A stretch of 38,466 nucleotides of DNA, taken from a virus. Below the pieces are notes generated by a model, which had not been told where the DNA came from, did not search any database, and saw only the letters and a program-made list of their open reading frames with translations. Shown here piece by piece: positions 9,101-15,847 of this stretch. The stretch is from IMG/VR virus record IMGVR_UViG_3300045988_129428; one strand, written 5' to 3'. A program made the translations under genes and the position numbers. Within the stretch, counting starts at the first letter, position 1, and every line of letters begins with the position of its first letter.

Positions 9101-10055
9101 CTGTTAATTCGCTAAGTGGTTCCATGATAGCTTCTTGCGCAAAGTTTTCAGTAATGTCTAAGCCATAGCTACCTAATATCTCTTTACTTAATTCATGTCC
9201 AGTTGCTAATTTAACTCCTTTGTTAAGCATATTACCAGATATTACTGCTTCTGTCCCACCTTCTAATGTTCCCATTATACTTGCATATCCAAATGCCTCA
9301 TCTTCTTTCATTCCTCTTGCTTTGGCATCATCTAAGTAACTACCTCCTGCTGAAGTCATAAACATTGCTGTACTTAAAGCTCTCGCTCCTGGTACTGGTG
9401 CTAAAGCTACTGCCATAGGCAGGGCATTATTTCCTATAGATGGTGCTAATTCAGCCAACTTAGTGCCTAAAAAATTATTAGTTTTAGAAATATTATTTTG
9501 AATAGTGTTCGTTCTCCATTTTTCTATGTCTGCATTGTTAAGTTCTTGATTTGTTTTTGCTATTGGATTTAGTGAACTGTGAATTTTTTCACCTAATGTA
9601 TTACCTACTATTTGTCCGACTTTGTCTGAAAATTCTTTATTCTTAGTCGCTCTATTTAACAATCCTCTAATAATTGTACTTGTTGCTTTTTTAGTGGCTA
9701 TTTTATTACCTTCGTTCATATACTTACTCATATTAGGAATAACATTTTCTATTCCCATTCCAATATTACCTAAAACACCTGTCACATTATCTATTGTATC
9801 TGTAAAATTATTGCTTTCTCTGAATTTCTTTAAATTTTTTGTTTCCTGCTGTGATGCAATTTTTACTCTTGGAAAATCGATTGATGAACTTCTATCATAT
9901 ACTGGCATTTCGTTTTTTGGCTTACTCATGTTTGCAGTTGGTAAATCCATTGAAATTTTGCTATTTGTATTATTTTTATTTTTGCTCATAAAATCCAACA
10001 ATTCTTTTGCTTTTTCTTTTTCTTCATCAGACAATTCATATATTTTTTTTGCCAT
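3180..10055 (-). CDS. Giant (2291 aa) multidomain protein; candidate virion-delivered polyvalent or ejection protein with a zincin (HExxH) domain
   Basis: RBS AAGGAGG. Uninterrupted 6.9-kb ORF. Gly/Ala-rich hydrophobic segments occur at aa ~200-370 and ~1766-1785. HELTH at aa 713-717 (nt 7905..7919). A conserved-looking C-terminal module includes LPFKKTPINV (nt 4878..4907). Confidence 0.9.
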   Translation of the reverse strand: MAKKIYELSDEEKEKAKELLDFMSKNKNNTNSKISMDLPTANMSKPKNEMPVYDRSSSIDFPRVKIASQQETKNLKKFRESNNFTDTIDNVTGVLGNIGMGIENVIPNMSKYMNEGNKIATKKATSTIIRGLLNRATKNKEFSDKVGQIVGNTLGEKIHSSLNPIAKTNQELNNADIEKWRTNTIQNNISKTNNFLGTKLAELAPSIGNNALPMAVALAPVPGARALSTAMFMTSAGGSYLDDAKARGMKEDEAFGYASIMGTLEGGTEAVISGNMLNKGVKLATGHELSKEILGSYGLDITENFAQEAIMEPLSELTATITGGKESADWNNMGQRMINSGIDGALSAVLLSGVSAGIGSAVNVVNKHNNGQAVTQNEIKTAMKDIQNSGKINVEEVIKGSIEAIKENNNINVEQNSLPAVNKENTYSNQLKQIAGNEITNSNISEDYKTMMLDVLNNMNEVSDADIGSIRQNINSLEDANRLDTKIDSKNDQARRKKYMQYKNDTNIYDSTEVNEVLDMTPTNRNGRRTVKQWLTVADEIGKRIANKSNAEIEQIAYKSWFDIEPSKSITQYDSQSKTSVAFQKFTSDEWVNTINNAVNETRKNNSLTNDITNTIAVENNKEFLTQSYQYEKSDNAKINNLREDASKYFDNSKESHAYIDMLEKIITDKDIDIRLDGELKTPDGRVVNGSYANGTITINPNSNRAGEFIAIHELTHAIGTKEMLNIVENYRKSNVEFDTSVKQLLGNYNSTEITEEALADVSAQLFGNQEFINNVANTNPSFFKKIYNEIKYLWHQFRGYKNQNEFVEDLYNKWTQAYNSNSELKNTENYHISENFSSEIDKALNNQLQSNTQVKARDYTPQILVDNGVDNLPMLITQKHIKSTIYTLQEAENLGLPTKNVNYHGLGKDLLIKAIDNLDSPQAIYKTSENNYLVVTEFKDNNGKEIVIPIQINGNGRYNNVFIDENQIKSVYGRNNLDNYINKNNFEQIYKKNEELDFNERIQYSNVANSSIKDSIAPQTKDVNTTTKYSMQESENNSGSFSMQDKRFDVTGNENLNNASTLFFRTREDGVYYVQAVNNSGKITYDGSFIDKHSLEKTLGTDIAEYIVNNSESTNSEIYLESNKAENKTDYMMTHRPSEEYGNASNFERNMDGVFEHPEWYINMREDYNIESLNALKKVRKKPDAEIMIYRATPGNEINFGDWVTPSKKYAELHNNSQLDGKGNILELKVKAKDILWGGDDINEFGYFPENNRYSIQKESGSWQKYLEDNFKASGTRTNMQDILVQKASNANSYTKTQENKQAQTTHKSNELETGEWTKQKKEGEKRRKHYESIIKSNYTTDEAKAIAKSLMGTDTYVPESNSKQLELADDRISTTGADSELSSLLSRATTGGTIKAEDIAIGERLIQYYSKTGNKSKLQDAIQATAMAGTTAGQTVQAMSLLNHQTPEGQAVWLQRSVDKMNKDLKRTRGEDAEQFKLTPEMLNKITNSENAKVLEQNLNEVYKELGQQLTKTTAQKIDAWRYFSMLANPRTHIRNIVGNTAMGGVQGIKNKVAGGIESAVSKINPDMERNHTVIPASKEVKAFAKADIENVVDRLGLNENKYNPKTRLENNMRTFKSDAMENTIGKAFDLNNKALEAEDGWGLKAGYVKALSEYMTANKLTPDTITDQQLGKARNFAIEQAKEATFHQDSQLASLINQLSNKNKFSKFVLDATLPFKKTPINVAKAGLEYSPVGLVKSAVYDTVQLRKGNITANKYIDNISKGLTGTGIALVGYALANCGVLKATGSDDEDKEKFEEGRGSQNYAITIGNNTYSLDWLAPSGIPLFIGAECYELMKTQKEKKTSSSDEDEYYNKVVDASMNILDSFSNAMNPMTEMSMLSGLTSALKSYDQGSSKMLAGIGTNSIKSYVNQFIPTALGQIAKTTDEYERNTTSTKTGVLPKAIDTTRTQIMNKIPGLRQKLPIKTDIWGQEQKQSDNIALRALENAVFPWARKELNSNNVDKEITKVYENTGESSVFPDTINKNLTIDKKKYVMTSKEFAKYKKQFGETSYELLKNLINSDGYKKLSDSQKQLAIEKIYSYSTEQVKIDYARQNCLKNEQSTLSQVTNAIKKTGGNTSNYFEFLANTQGLDKDSEKLEVLANSKYDEKTKKAIYENSLGKKDTKYDIVKESFTGSGLNMSKYLQYKAQEFKADKKDDGTVNGKSITGSKKDKVFDYIYSIKGATYTQKLILYALEYRPRNASDREIVENYVRNMPNRTVKEKLEIMSKFAGVTLNKPDKEFPDGSYDY

Positions 10056-10066
10056 AATCGGCCTCC

Positions 10067-11254
10067 TTATTTATTGGTATAATATTTTATAACCTGCTCT
10101 ACTGATGTAAAATTTTTACCTGAATAACTATCATGTATAATAGCTTCATTTGAACTTCCTGTTCTTCTCCATGGTGGAATACCTGTATTAGGTTTTAAAT
10201 TATTTAAAACTTGTTGTAAAGTCACCTTATGGTTAGAAGAATTTTCATCTTTATTTTCTTTTTTACTATCGTCTTTAAAGCCTTTATTATTTTGAGAATT
10301 GCTTGAAAAGGTTTTATAAGTTTTAGAACTGCTTGAGCTTCTTGAACTACCCGAGCTAGTAGCTTTTTTTTTTGACAATTCATATTGTTTTAACGCTAAA
10401 TCATATTCTTTTTGCCATTGACTATCCGCAACCTTATCTCTACTTACTTGATAATTATAATCTCTATTATTCATTGTTTTTGTATAATCATAATTTGCAA
10501 AATTCATATAATTGCTTAATGCATCTTGATATTTTTGATATGCTAATTGATTGCCATATTTTTGTAACTCTAGTTTTGCATTTTCAATATCAGCTAACAA
10601 TTCGTTTTCTTTTGTTATGTATTGTAATTGTGTATTATTTAATTCTTGATTTATATTTTGAATTGATTTATCTCTATTGGCTTGCAATGAAGCTAAATTA
10701 TTGCCATAAGCATTCTCAATGTTTGCATATGCACTTCCCACAGTTCCTGTTTTGTCTAAACCTGCTTGCGACAATTGTTGTTCCATTGATTTTTTTGCTA
10801 GCATAGAATTAATGTATGCTTGTCTAGCATTATCATTATATGCTTGCATTACATCATCTTTTTGTGCATTTATTTGATTTGTTGCTATTTGTTGTTGGCT
10901 TGCTAATGCATTTTTTCTATTTTCAGCTATTTTTTCATATTGTGCTAGTAATGCTTGCGAATCATTTCCAACATTTGATGTAGCTTTATTTGCGTAATCT
11001 TCTGCTAGCTGTTGTGTTGTTTTTGTAGGTTGAGTAGGTTGAGCCTGAGTTGTTTGTGTTGGTTGTGTAGCAACTGTAGTTCCAGTAGTTTTAACTGTAT
11101 TTGTTTGTCCTGGTAATTTTAACGTATTTCCCGTATATATCAAGTTAGCATTTTTTATATATGGGTTTAGTCCCATAAGAGTACTTACACTTGTATTATA
11201 TCTTTTTGCTATTCCGCTTAATGTATCTCCACTTTTTATTTTATATGTTGACAT
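10067..11254 (-). CDS. LysM-domain protein with Thr/Gln/Pro linker, long coiled-coil and Ser-rich region
   Basis: RBS AGGAGGG. N-terminal [46 protein letters not shown] is a canonical LysM. Confidence 0.85.
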   Translation of the reverse strand: MSTYKIKSGDTLSGIAKRYNTSVSTLMGLNPYIKNANLIYTGNTLKLPGQTNTVKTTGTTVATQPTQTTQAQPTQPTKTTQQLAEDYANKATSNVGNDSQALLAQYEKIAENRKNALASQQQIATNQINAQKDDVMQAYNDNARQAYINSMLAKKSMEQQLSQAGLDKTGTVGSAYANIENAYGNNLASLQANRDKSIQNINQELNNTQLQYITKENELLADIENAKLELQKYGNQLAYQKYQDALSNYMNFANYDYTKTMNNRDYNYQVSRDKVADSQWQKEYDLALKQYELSKKKATSSGSSRSSSSSKTYKTFSSNSQNNKGFKDDSKKENKDENSSNHKVTLQQVLNNLKPNTGIPPWRRTGSSNEAIIHDSYSGKNFTSVEQVIKYYTNK

Positions 11255-11273
11255 CTTTCCCTCCTAAAAAATA

Positions 11274-11294
11274 AGCTAGGCATATAGCCTAGCT
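11274..11294 (-). terminator. Rho-independent terminator after the endolysin gene
   Basis: AGCTAGGC-5 nt-GCCTAGCT, followed on the minus strand by TTATTTTTT. Confidence 0.7.
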
Positions 11295-11295
11295 A

Positions 11296-12261
11296 TTATT
11301 TCATTTGAATACCATCAATTGTATGACCAAAGATTCCTGCGTAACTTTCTGTTCCTGTTTCTGTTTTGCTGTTTACCCAATTTAGCCATCCATCCTCAAT
11401 TGTATGTACTCTGTAATCTACATGGCCTTTTGTTGATTTAATTTTAATACAGTCAATAGATTGTCCATAAATTCCAGCGTATGAGTTTGGATTGCTCCTA
11501 TCATTTTTCTTGTAATTTTTAGAATTTACTTTATCTAGCCAGTTTCCATTTTTTATATGAGCTTGAACTGTAATTTCTCCATACTCTGGTTTACATCTTA
11601 ATCCACTTATTGCTTTTCCATACAAACCTGCATATCCTTCGTCTGAGCTATCACATTTATTTACTTCTGGTAACCATTCTCCAGCATAGGCTTGGTATGT
11701 AATTACTCCTGTATAATCAGGTTCTGGCGTTGGCTCTGGTATTGGTTTAATCTCTTCATCACAAGCTGGTCTGCCATATCCTGCGATATAATCTGCTCCA
11801 ATAGGATAATCCCATTTTGCTACTTCGCTATTTCCTGAGTTGCCTTCTATCGTGTAAACTCTGCCATTCTCTATTTTATAGACTAAACCTGTGTGATATA
11901 TATCTCCTGCTTTTCCAAAGAAGATTTGGTCGCCTACTTGTGGAGTATTAAACAATCTTCCTTTTTGTTTATAAAAATTCATTGAAAAACTACAGCCTGC
12001 ACCTGTTGATTTCTTTGGTTGGCATAGTAATTCTAATGCTTTATCTACTCCATAAGCTTGTACAAAGCACCAGTCTACAAAAATATCGCACCAATCGTAG
12101 CCATTTTTCTTGCCGTTATAAAATCCAGAAATATTATCTAAATCTCTGGCATATTTATTATATTTCCCACTTATATTTGCTGTTTTGTTATCAAGTTGTG
12201 AATTACTCTTTTTTCCTTTATAGCCCACTTCTGCTAGAGCTATTTCTATTGCTTTATTCAT
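11296..12261 (-). CDS. Endolysin: N-terminal CHAP domain plus three ChW-like cell-wall-binding repeats
   Basis: CHAP signatures GYDWCDIFVDWC and GDIYHTGLVY..VYTIEGNSGN. The C-terminus has three repeats ending YAGLYGKAISGL, YAGIYGQSIDCI and YAGIFGHTIDGI, each with a conserved W. Confidence 0.85.
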   Translation of the reverse strand: MNKAIEIALAEVGYKGKKSNSQLDNKTANISGKYNKYARDLDNISGFYNGKKNGYDWCDIFVDWCFVQAYGVDKALELLCQPKKSTGAGCSFSMNFYKQKGRLFNTPQVGDQIFFGKAGDIYHTGLVYKIENGRVYTIEGNSGNSEVAKWDYPIGADYIAGYGRPACDEEIKPIPEPTPEPDYTGVITYQAYAGEWLPEVNKCDSSDEGYAGLYGKAISGLRCKPEYGEITVQAHIKNGNWLDKVNSKNYKKNDRSNPNSYAGIYGQSIDCIKIKSTKGHVDYRVHTIEDGWLNWVNSKTETGTESYAGIFGHTIDGIQMK

Positions 12262-12265
12262 AAGA

Positions 12266-12466
12266 TTATTCTCCTTTATTTTTGTAATTGATATTTGAGA
12301 TGCCTAATACTGCGCCCATAAAAGTTGTAACTGCTGTCATTATTGTTAGAACTATGTCAGTACAGCCAACATTAAAGCAATTAAGTATTACACCTGTCAA
12401 CGTTGTTAGAGCTGGTAAAAATACTAATGTGATCCATTTTAGTACATCATAAACTTTGTTACTCAT
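12266..12466 (-). CDS. Holin (small two-TM protein, Dp-1/phi-LC3-like pattern)
   Basis: The ATG at 12466 lies 7 nt after AAGGAGAG; the track start at 12472 is TTG. VLKWITLVFLPALTTLTGVIL and a second TM helix. Sits directly upstream of the endolysin. Confidence 0.75.
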   Translation of the reverse strand: MSNKVYDVLKWITLVFLPALTTLTGVILNCFNVGCTDIVLTIMTAVTTFMGAVLGISNINYKNKGE

Positions 12467-12468
12467 AA

Positions 12469-12825
12469 TCAATCTCTCCTTTCCTTCAAAATTATCAAGT
12501 CTTCGTGTATTGTCTGAAACCCTGCTATCGCTCGTTCATCATGTTGTTTAAATTCTGTATTGGTATTGTCCATGCTTGTTTTTAACAAATTTAAGCTTTC
12601 TGCTATATTCCTATTGGATGCTGACAGTTCGCCCAACAGCTTACTAGTCGCTTCTCGTTCTGCTTTTTTCTCTTCTTGTTCTTCCTTCCTTTTAACTTCA
12701 TCTTGTGTTTCTTTATCTTTTCGGTCTTTTCTGTCAAGGTACAAAAATACAATAAAAAGAACAGCCATAGTAACTGTTCCGCCGTTTGCAAGAAGAATAT
12801 TTATGAGATTATTCGTTTCTTCCAT
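12469..12825 (-). CDS. N-terminally membrane-anchored, highly charged coiled-coil protein; BhlA/UviB- or XhlA-like lysis accessory protein
   Basis: RBS AAGGAGA. One TM helix (GGTVTMAVLFIVFLYL), then a Lys/Glu-rich helix. Located immediately upstream of the holin. Confidence 0.6.
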   Translation of the reverse strand: MEETNNLINILLANGGTVTMAVLFIVFLYLDRKDRKDKETQDEVKRKEEQEEKKAEREATSKLLGELSASNRNIAESLNLLKTSMDNTNTEFKQHDERAIAGFQTIHEDLIILKERRD

Positions 12826-12839
12826 AACTTTCTCCTTTC

Positions 12840-14873
12840 CTAATTTTTTAGATAAACATATCTTATATGAAATGTGTTTGTGACGCTCGAACCTGTTGGA
12901 TTATATAAGGCTATATCTCCACTGATTGCAGGTCTAACTTGAACATAACCATTACTTGCACCACTTCCATAATATACACTACAAGCAATACAAGTAAATC
13001 CTTCTACTGTTGGAACTGTCACACTTGCATATTCATAACTTTTAGAAGCAATTGTTTTTGAAAAACTTAAATCTTTATATATAATACTGCTTAAAGTATT
13101 ACCATTTACTAATATATTTTTATTAAAATAAAATGGTATATTAGCTGAATTGTAAATATGGCAACAGCTTGAATTTTGTGAGCCTATTGTTACAGTATTG
13201 TTATTACTCGTTGATTTTAATAGTCCTGCTTCCGCTACAATTCCAGCTCCGTGAATGTTTGAATACCCATTTTGTCCATTTTTAAAATAATAATCTGTTA
13301 CCGCAGTGCTAGTATTATCGCCTTCTCCAGACCTCCAATTAAAATAAATAGTAGATGGAGAACTTTTAGGTACAAAATTCACTTCATTTGTTCTCGTCAC
13401 AAAATTATTTAAAGGCGAATTTAGTAAACCTGTTAATGTTCCCCCGGCAGTCGTAATAACTCTTTTGCCATTCTCATTAAGCGCTCCATTTACATTTATA
13501 TCATCTTTTCCTATATCAATAATAGGTAATCCTCTTGTGACGGTGGCACTATATGTGTTACTCATAAAGTAATCATTTAACACAAATTCAAAATTAAACG
13601 CTTCTGTATAGCTGAAATTCTTTCCTAGTTCTCCTGAAAAAGTAAAGTTGTTGCCAGTTCTTGTTGCTGTTACCGTGGTATAATTTCCCCAGCTTGTATC
13701 TGTCGACTTTTTATATCTCCATTTTAATTCGAAACTATTGGTTTTCGCACCAAAACTTCCATTAAAGCACAAACCTTGAACGCTTGCGTTTATTGTGTTT
13801 GAGGTAGTGCTTGGTCTATTCAATATTACACCTGTTATGACAGGCTTAATATATTCTACTAATGTTTTAGTTACTGTAGCACTTGCACTTAAGCCTCTAC
13901 TATCAATACAGCTCAAGTTGAATGTACCGCTATCTACTGCATTTATTGTTGAGGTTGCAGTAGTTTTGGTTTGACTACCATTTACAACTTTTACTAAAGA
14001 AATTGTCGCACTATTCTTAGCTGTTGCCGTTATAACTACTTTTGCGTTTGATATATATCTAATTAGTTTATTTTTATCTCCTGTTGCAGTTATTGCTGAA
14101 GTATTTGTATCTTCTACTGTACCAGCAATCGTTGGATTACTATTTACAACAAAGGCATTGAATGTACAAGTTGATGTTCCAATTAGTGTATTTCCTGAAT
14201 ATGTGCTACAAGTTATTGTTCCTTTCCCTGAATTTGCATTTGGTATTTTTGTATAAAAAGATGTTGGAATTGTCCATCCTATACTTGTACTTGATGTCTT
14301 AGTTGCAATTGTTCCTGTTAATCCTTGAAAATTATATTCAAGTGTATGAGTAAATGTTGAACTTGCTCTGTTAATATTTATTGTAGTTGCACTTCCAATG
14401 TTGCCATCTGCGCAAGTTACAGAACTTTTTCGTGCTATTGTTGGCAATTCTACTGTCTTGCTTATTGTTCCATTTGGATAATAGCTATCTAACTTGCCAT
14501 TGAAAGAAAAAGTTATTACAATTGATTTTTTTCCGTTATTTAAATGAGAAATTGTTATCGGAAACCCTTCCGTATTTTGAGAAAGGTCTAATACTTGTTT
14601 ATAACTATTTGAATTTATATTGTAACTAGGATGTTTTGTTGTTGTATATATTTGTGTTTGACTACCGTCTGAATTTATTCCTTTTACGGTAAAAACACAA
14701 TTTGATGTTGAGTTGAATGGGCGATATGTGCTGTTATTTCTCTTAACGTAGCCTTGTACTGCTATAATTTTTGTTTCATTTGTAGCTATGTCTTGCTCAT
14801 ATCTCACGTCAACAGCTAGATTAAATCCGTTTGCTGGAGTTGCTATATTCCCATTAAAACTAATTGTTTCCAT
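12840..14873 (-). CDS. Tail fiber or receptor-binding protein (Ser/Thr/Asn-rich beta-repeat protein, DUF859-like N-terminus)
   Basis: RBS AGGAGG. 677 aa, last structural gene before the lysis cassette. Composition is typical of fiber or Ig-like repeats. Confidence 0.6.
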   Translation of the reverse strand: METISFNGNIATPANGFNLAVDVRYEQDIATNETKIIAVQGYVKRNNSTYRPFNSTSNCVFTVKGINSDGSQTQIYTTTKHPSYNINSNSYKQVLDLSQNTEGFPITISHLNNGKKSIVITFSFNGKLDSYYPNGTISKTVELPTIARKSSVTCADGNIGSATTININRASSTFTHTLEYNFQGLTGTIATKTSSTSIGWTIPTSFYTKIPNANSGKGTITCSTYSGNTLIGTSTCTFNAFVVNSNPTIAGTVEDTNTSAITATGDKNKLIRYISNAKVVITATAKNSATISLVKVVNGSQTKTTATSTINAVDSGTFNLSCIDSRGLSASATVTKTLVEYIKPVITGVILNRPSTTSNTINASVQGLCFNGSFGAKTNSFELKWRYKKSTDTSWGNYTTVTATRTGNNFTFSGELGKNFSYTEAFNFEFVLNDYFMSNTYSATVTRGLPIIDIGKDDINVNGALNENGKRVITTAGGTLTGLLNSPLNNFVTRTNEVNFVPKSSPSTIYFNWRSGEGDNTSTAVTDYYFKNGQNGYSNIHGAGIVAEAGLLKSTSNNNTVTIGSQNSSCCHIYNSANIPFYFNKNILVNGNTLSSIIYKDLSFSKTIASKSYEYASVTVPTVEGFTCIACSVYYGSGASNGYVQVRPAISGDIALYNPTGSSVTNTFHIRYVYLKN

Positions 14874-14874
14874 C

Positions 14875-15846
14875 TTATCCTCCTATCCAGTGAATATGAG
14901 TTCTTTTCTCACTATTTACAGTTGTTTTCATAAGTTTTAAATACCCCATTTCCACTTCACCTGTTGCTTTTAAGTCCGCTGTTTCCATACCATCTTTGTC
15001 GTATTTCGCTATCTGTTTTCCGTATGCATACATATAAGTACCAGTATTGTTCATTGTCGTACTAAATTCGCTATCTGATTTACCTACACTTACACCACTT
15101 TCATTTATATCAACAGTTGTATTTTTTACAGACTTTACGCCTTCATTGTTTATTTGGTCTATTTGCACTTGCAAACCTTGTGCAGTAGTTGTTACTGTCG
15201 TTTGTTGCTGCTTGATGATGTCTATATCATCTTTAAATGTTTGATTTTCGGCTTCGATTTGTTCAGCTGTTAGATAGTCATTGTTTAGTCTAGTTGTCGT
15301 TTCAGTTACTTGTGAAGATATTTGTCCTAAATTTGTGGATATTTCAACCGTTCTCTCCGTTATATCATTGAAATTATTGTCTATTTCTTCTTTCATAGAA
15401 TCTACATAATCAATAGTGCTATATGATACTTTCTTCTTCCAGTCGCTTTCTTCGTAGCCCTTTCTCCCAACAGTAGTAACTAATATCTCTCCTCTCTTTC
15501 CTTCCGGGTGGTCTGTATCAGATTGTAAAATCCACATATCTCCTGCATTATAGTTTTCTGGCTTTGTTAGATAAGTTTTATTCTTGTTTTTTGCTTCTTC
15601 TTTTGCTCCACTTTCTGTTGTCCAATCTTCGTCATTATATAATCCTATTGTTCTTGTATTTATACAGGTATATACTATATTTCCATCTATCCAAGTATCT
15701 CCCTCATAATATGGAGGATTAGGTTTTGAACCATAGTTCCTGCTAACATTTTCATACTGAGAATTAATTTTCTCTTCGGCACTTGATAACCTTTTATTTA
15801 GATATCCTAGATTAACTGAATCTTCATCATATTTAGGCTCTCCCAT
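14875..15846 (-). CDS. Tail fiber or spike protein with central coiled-coil
   Basis: The N-terminal EDSVNLGYLNKRL resembles the conserved fiber N-terminal motif (D.vNk.yl). Its stop is 1 nt from the next gene's start. Confidence 0.55.
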   Translation of the reverse strand: MGEPKYDEDSVNLGYLNKRLSSAEEKINSQYENVSRNYGSKPNPPYYEGDTWIDGNIVYTCINTRTIGLYNDEDWTTESGAKEEAKNKNKTYLTKPENYNAGDMWILQSDTDHPEGKRGEILVTTVGRKGYEESDWKKKVSYSTIDYVDSMKEEIDNNFNDITERTVEISTNLGQISSQVTETTTRLNNDYLTAEQIEAENQTFKDDIDIIKQQQTTVTTTAQGLQVQIDQINNEGVKSVKNTTVDINESGVSVGKSDSEFSTTMNNTGTYMYAYGKQIAKYDKDGMETADLKATGEVEMGYLKLMKTTVNSEKRTHIHWIGG

Positions 15847-15847
15847 C

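Noticed and set aside
3180-10055. Virion RNA polymerase (N4- or crAss-like), or botulinum/tetanus-type light chain, as the identity of the giant protein
   Set aside because: I found no DxDGD-type or T7-like polymerase motifs. Apart from the generic HExxH there is no further resemblance to neurotoxin light chains that I can see by eye.
3412-10092. Plus-strand ORFs of 64-156 aa lying inside the giant minus-strand gene (3412, 3734, 3979, 4055, 5347, 7433, 8648, 8956, 9622)
   Set aside because: They are Phe/Leu/Ile/Ser-rich with no RBS. That composition is typical of antisense frames of AT-rich coding DNA, and each is fully contained in a much longer ORF with a strong RBS.
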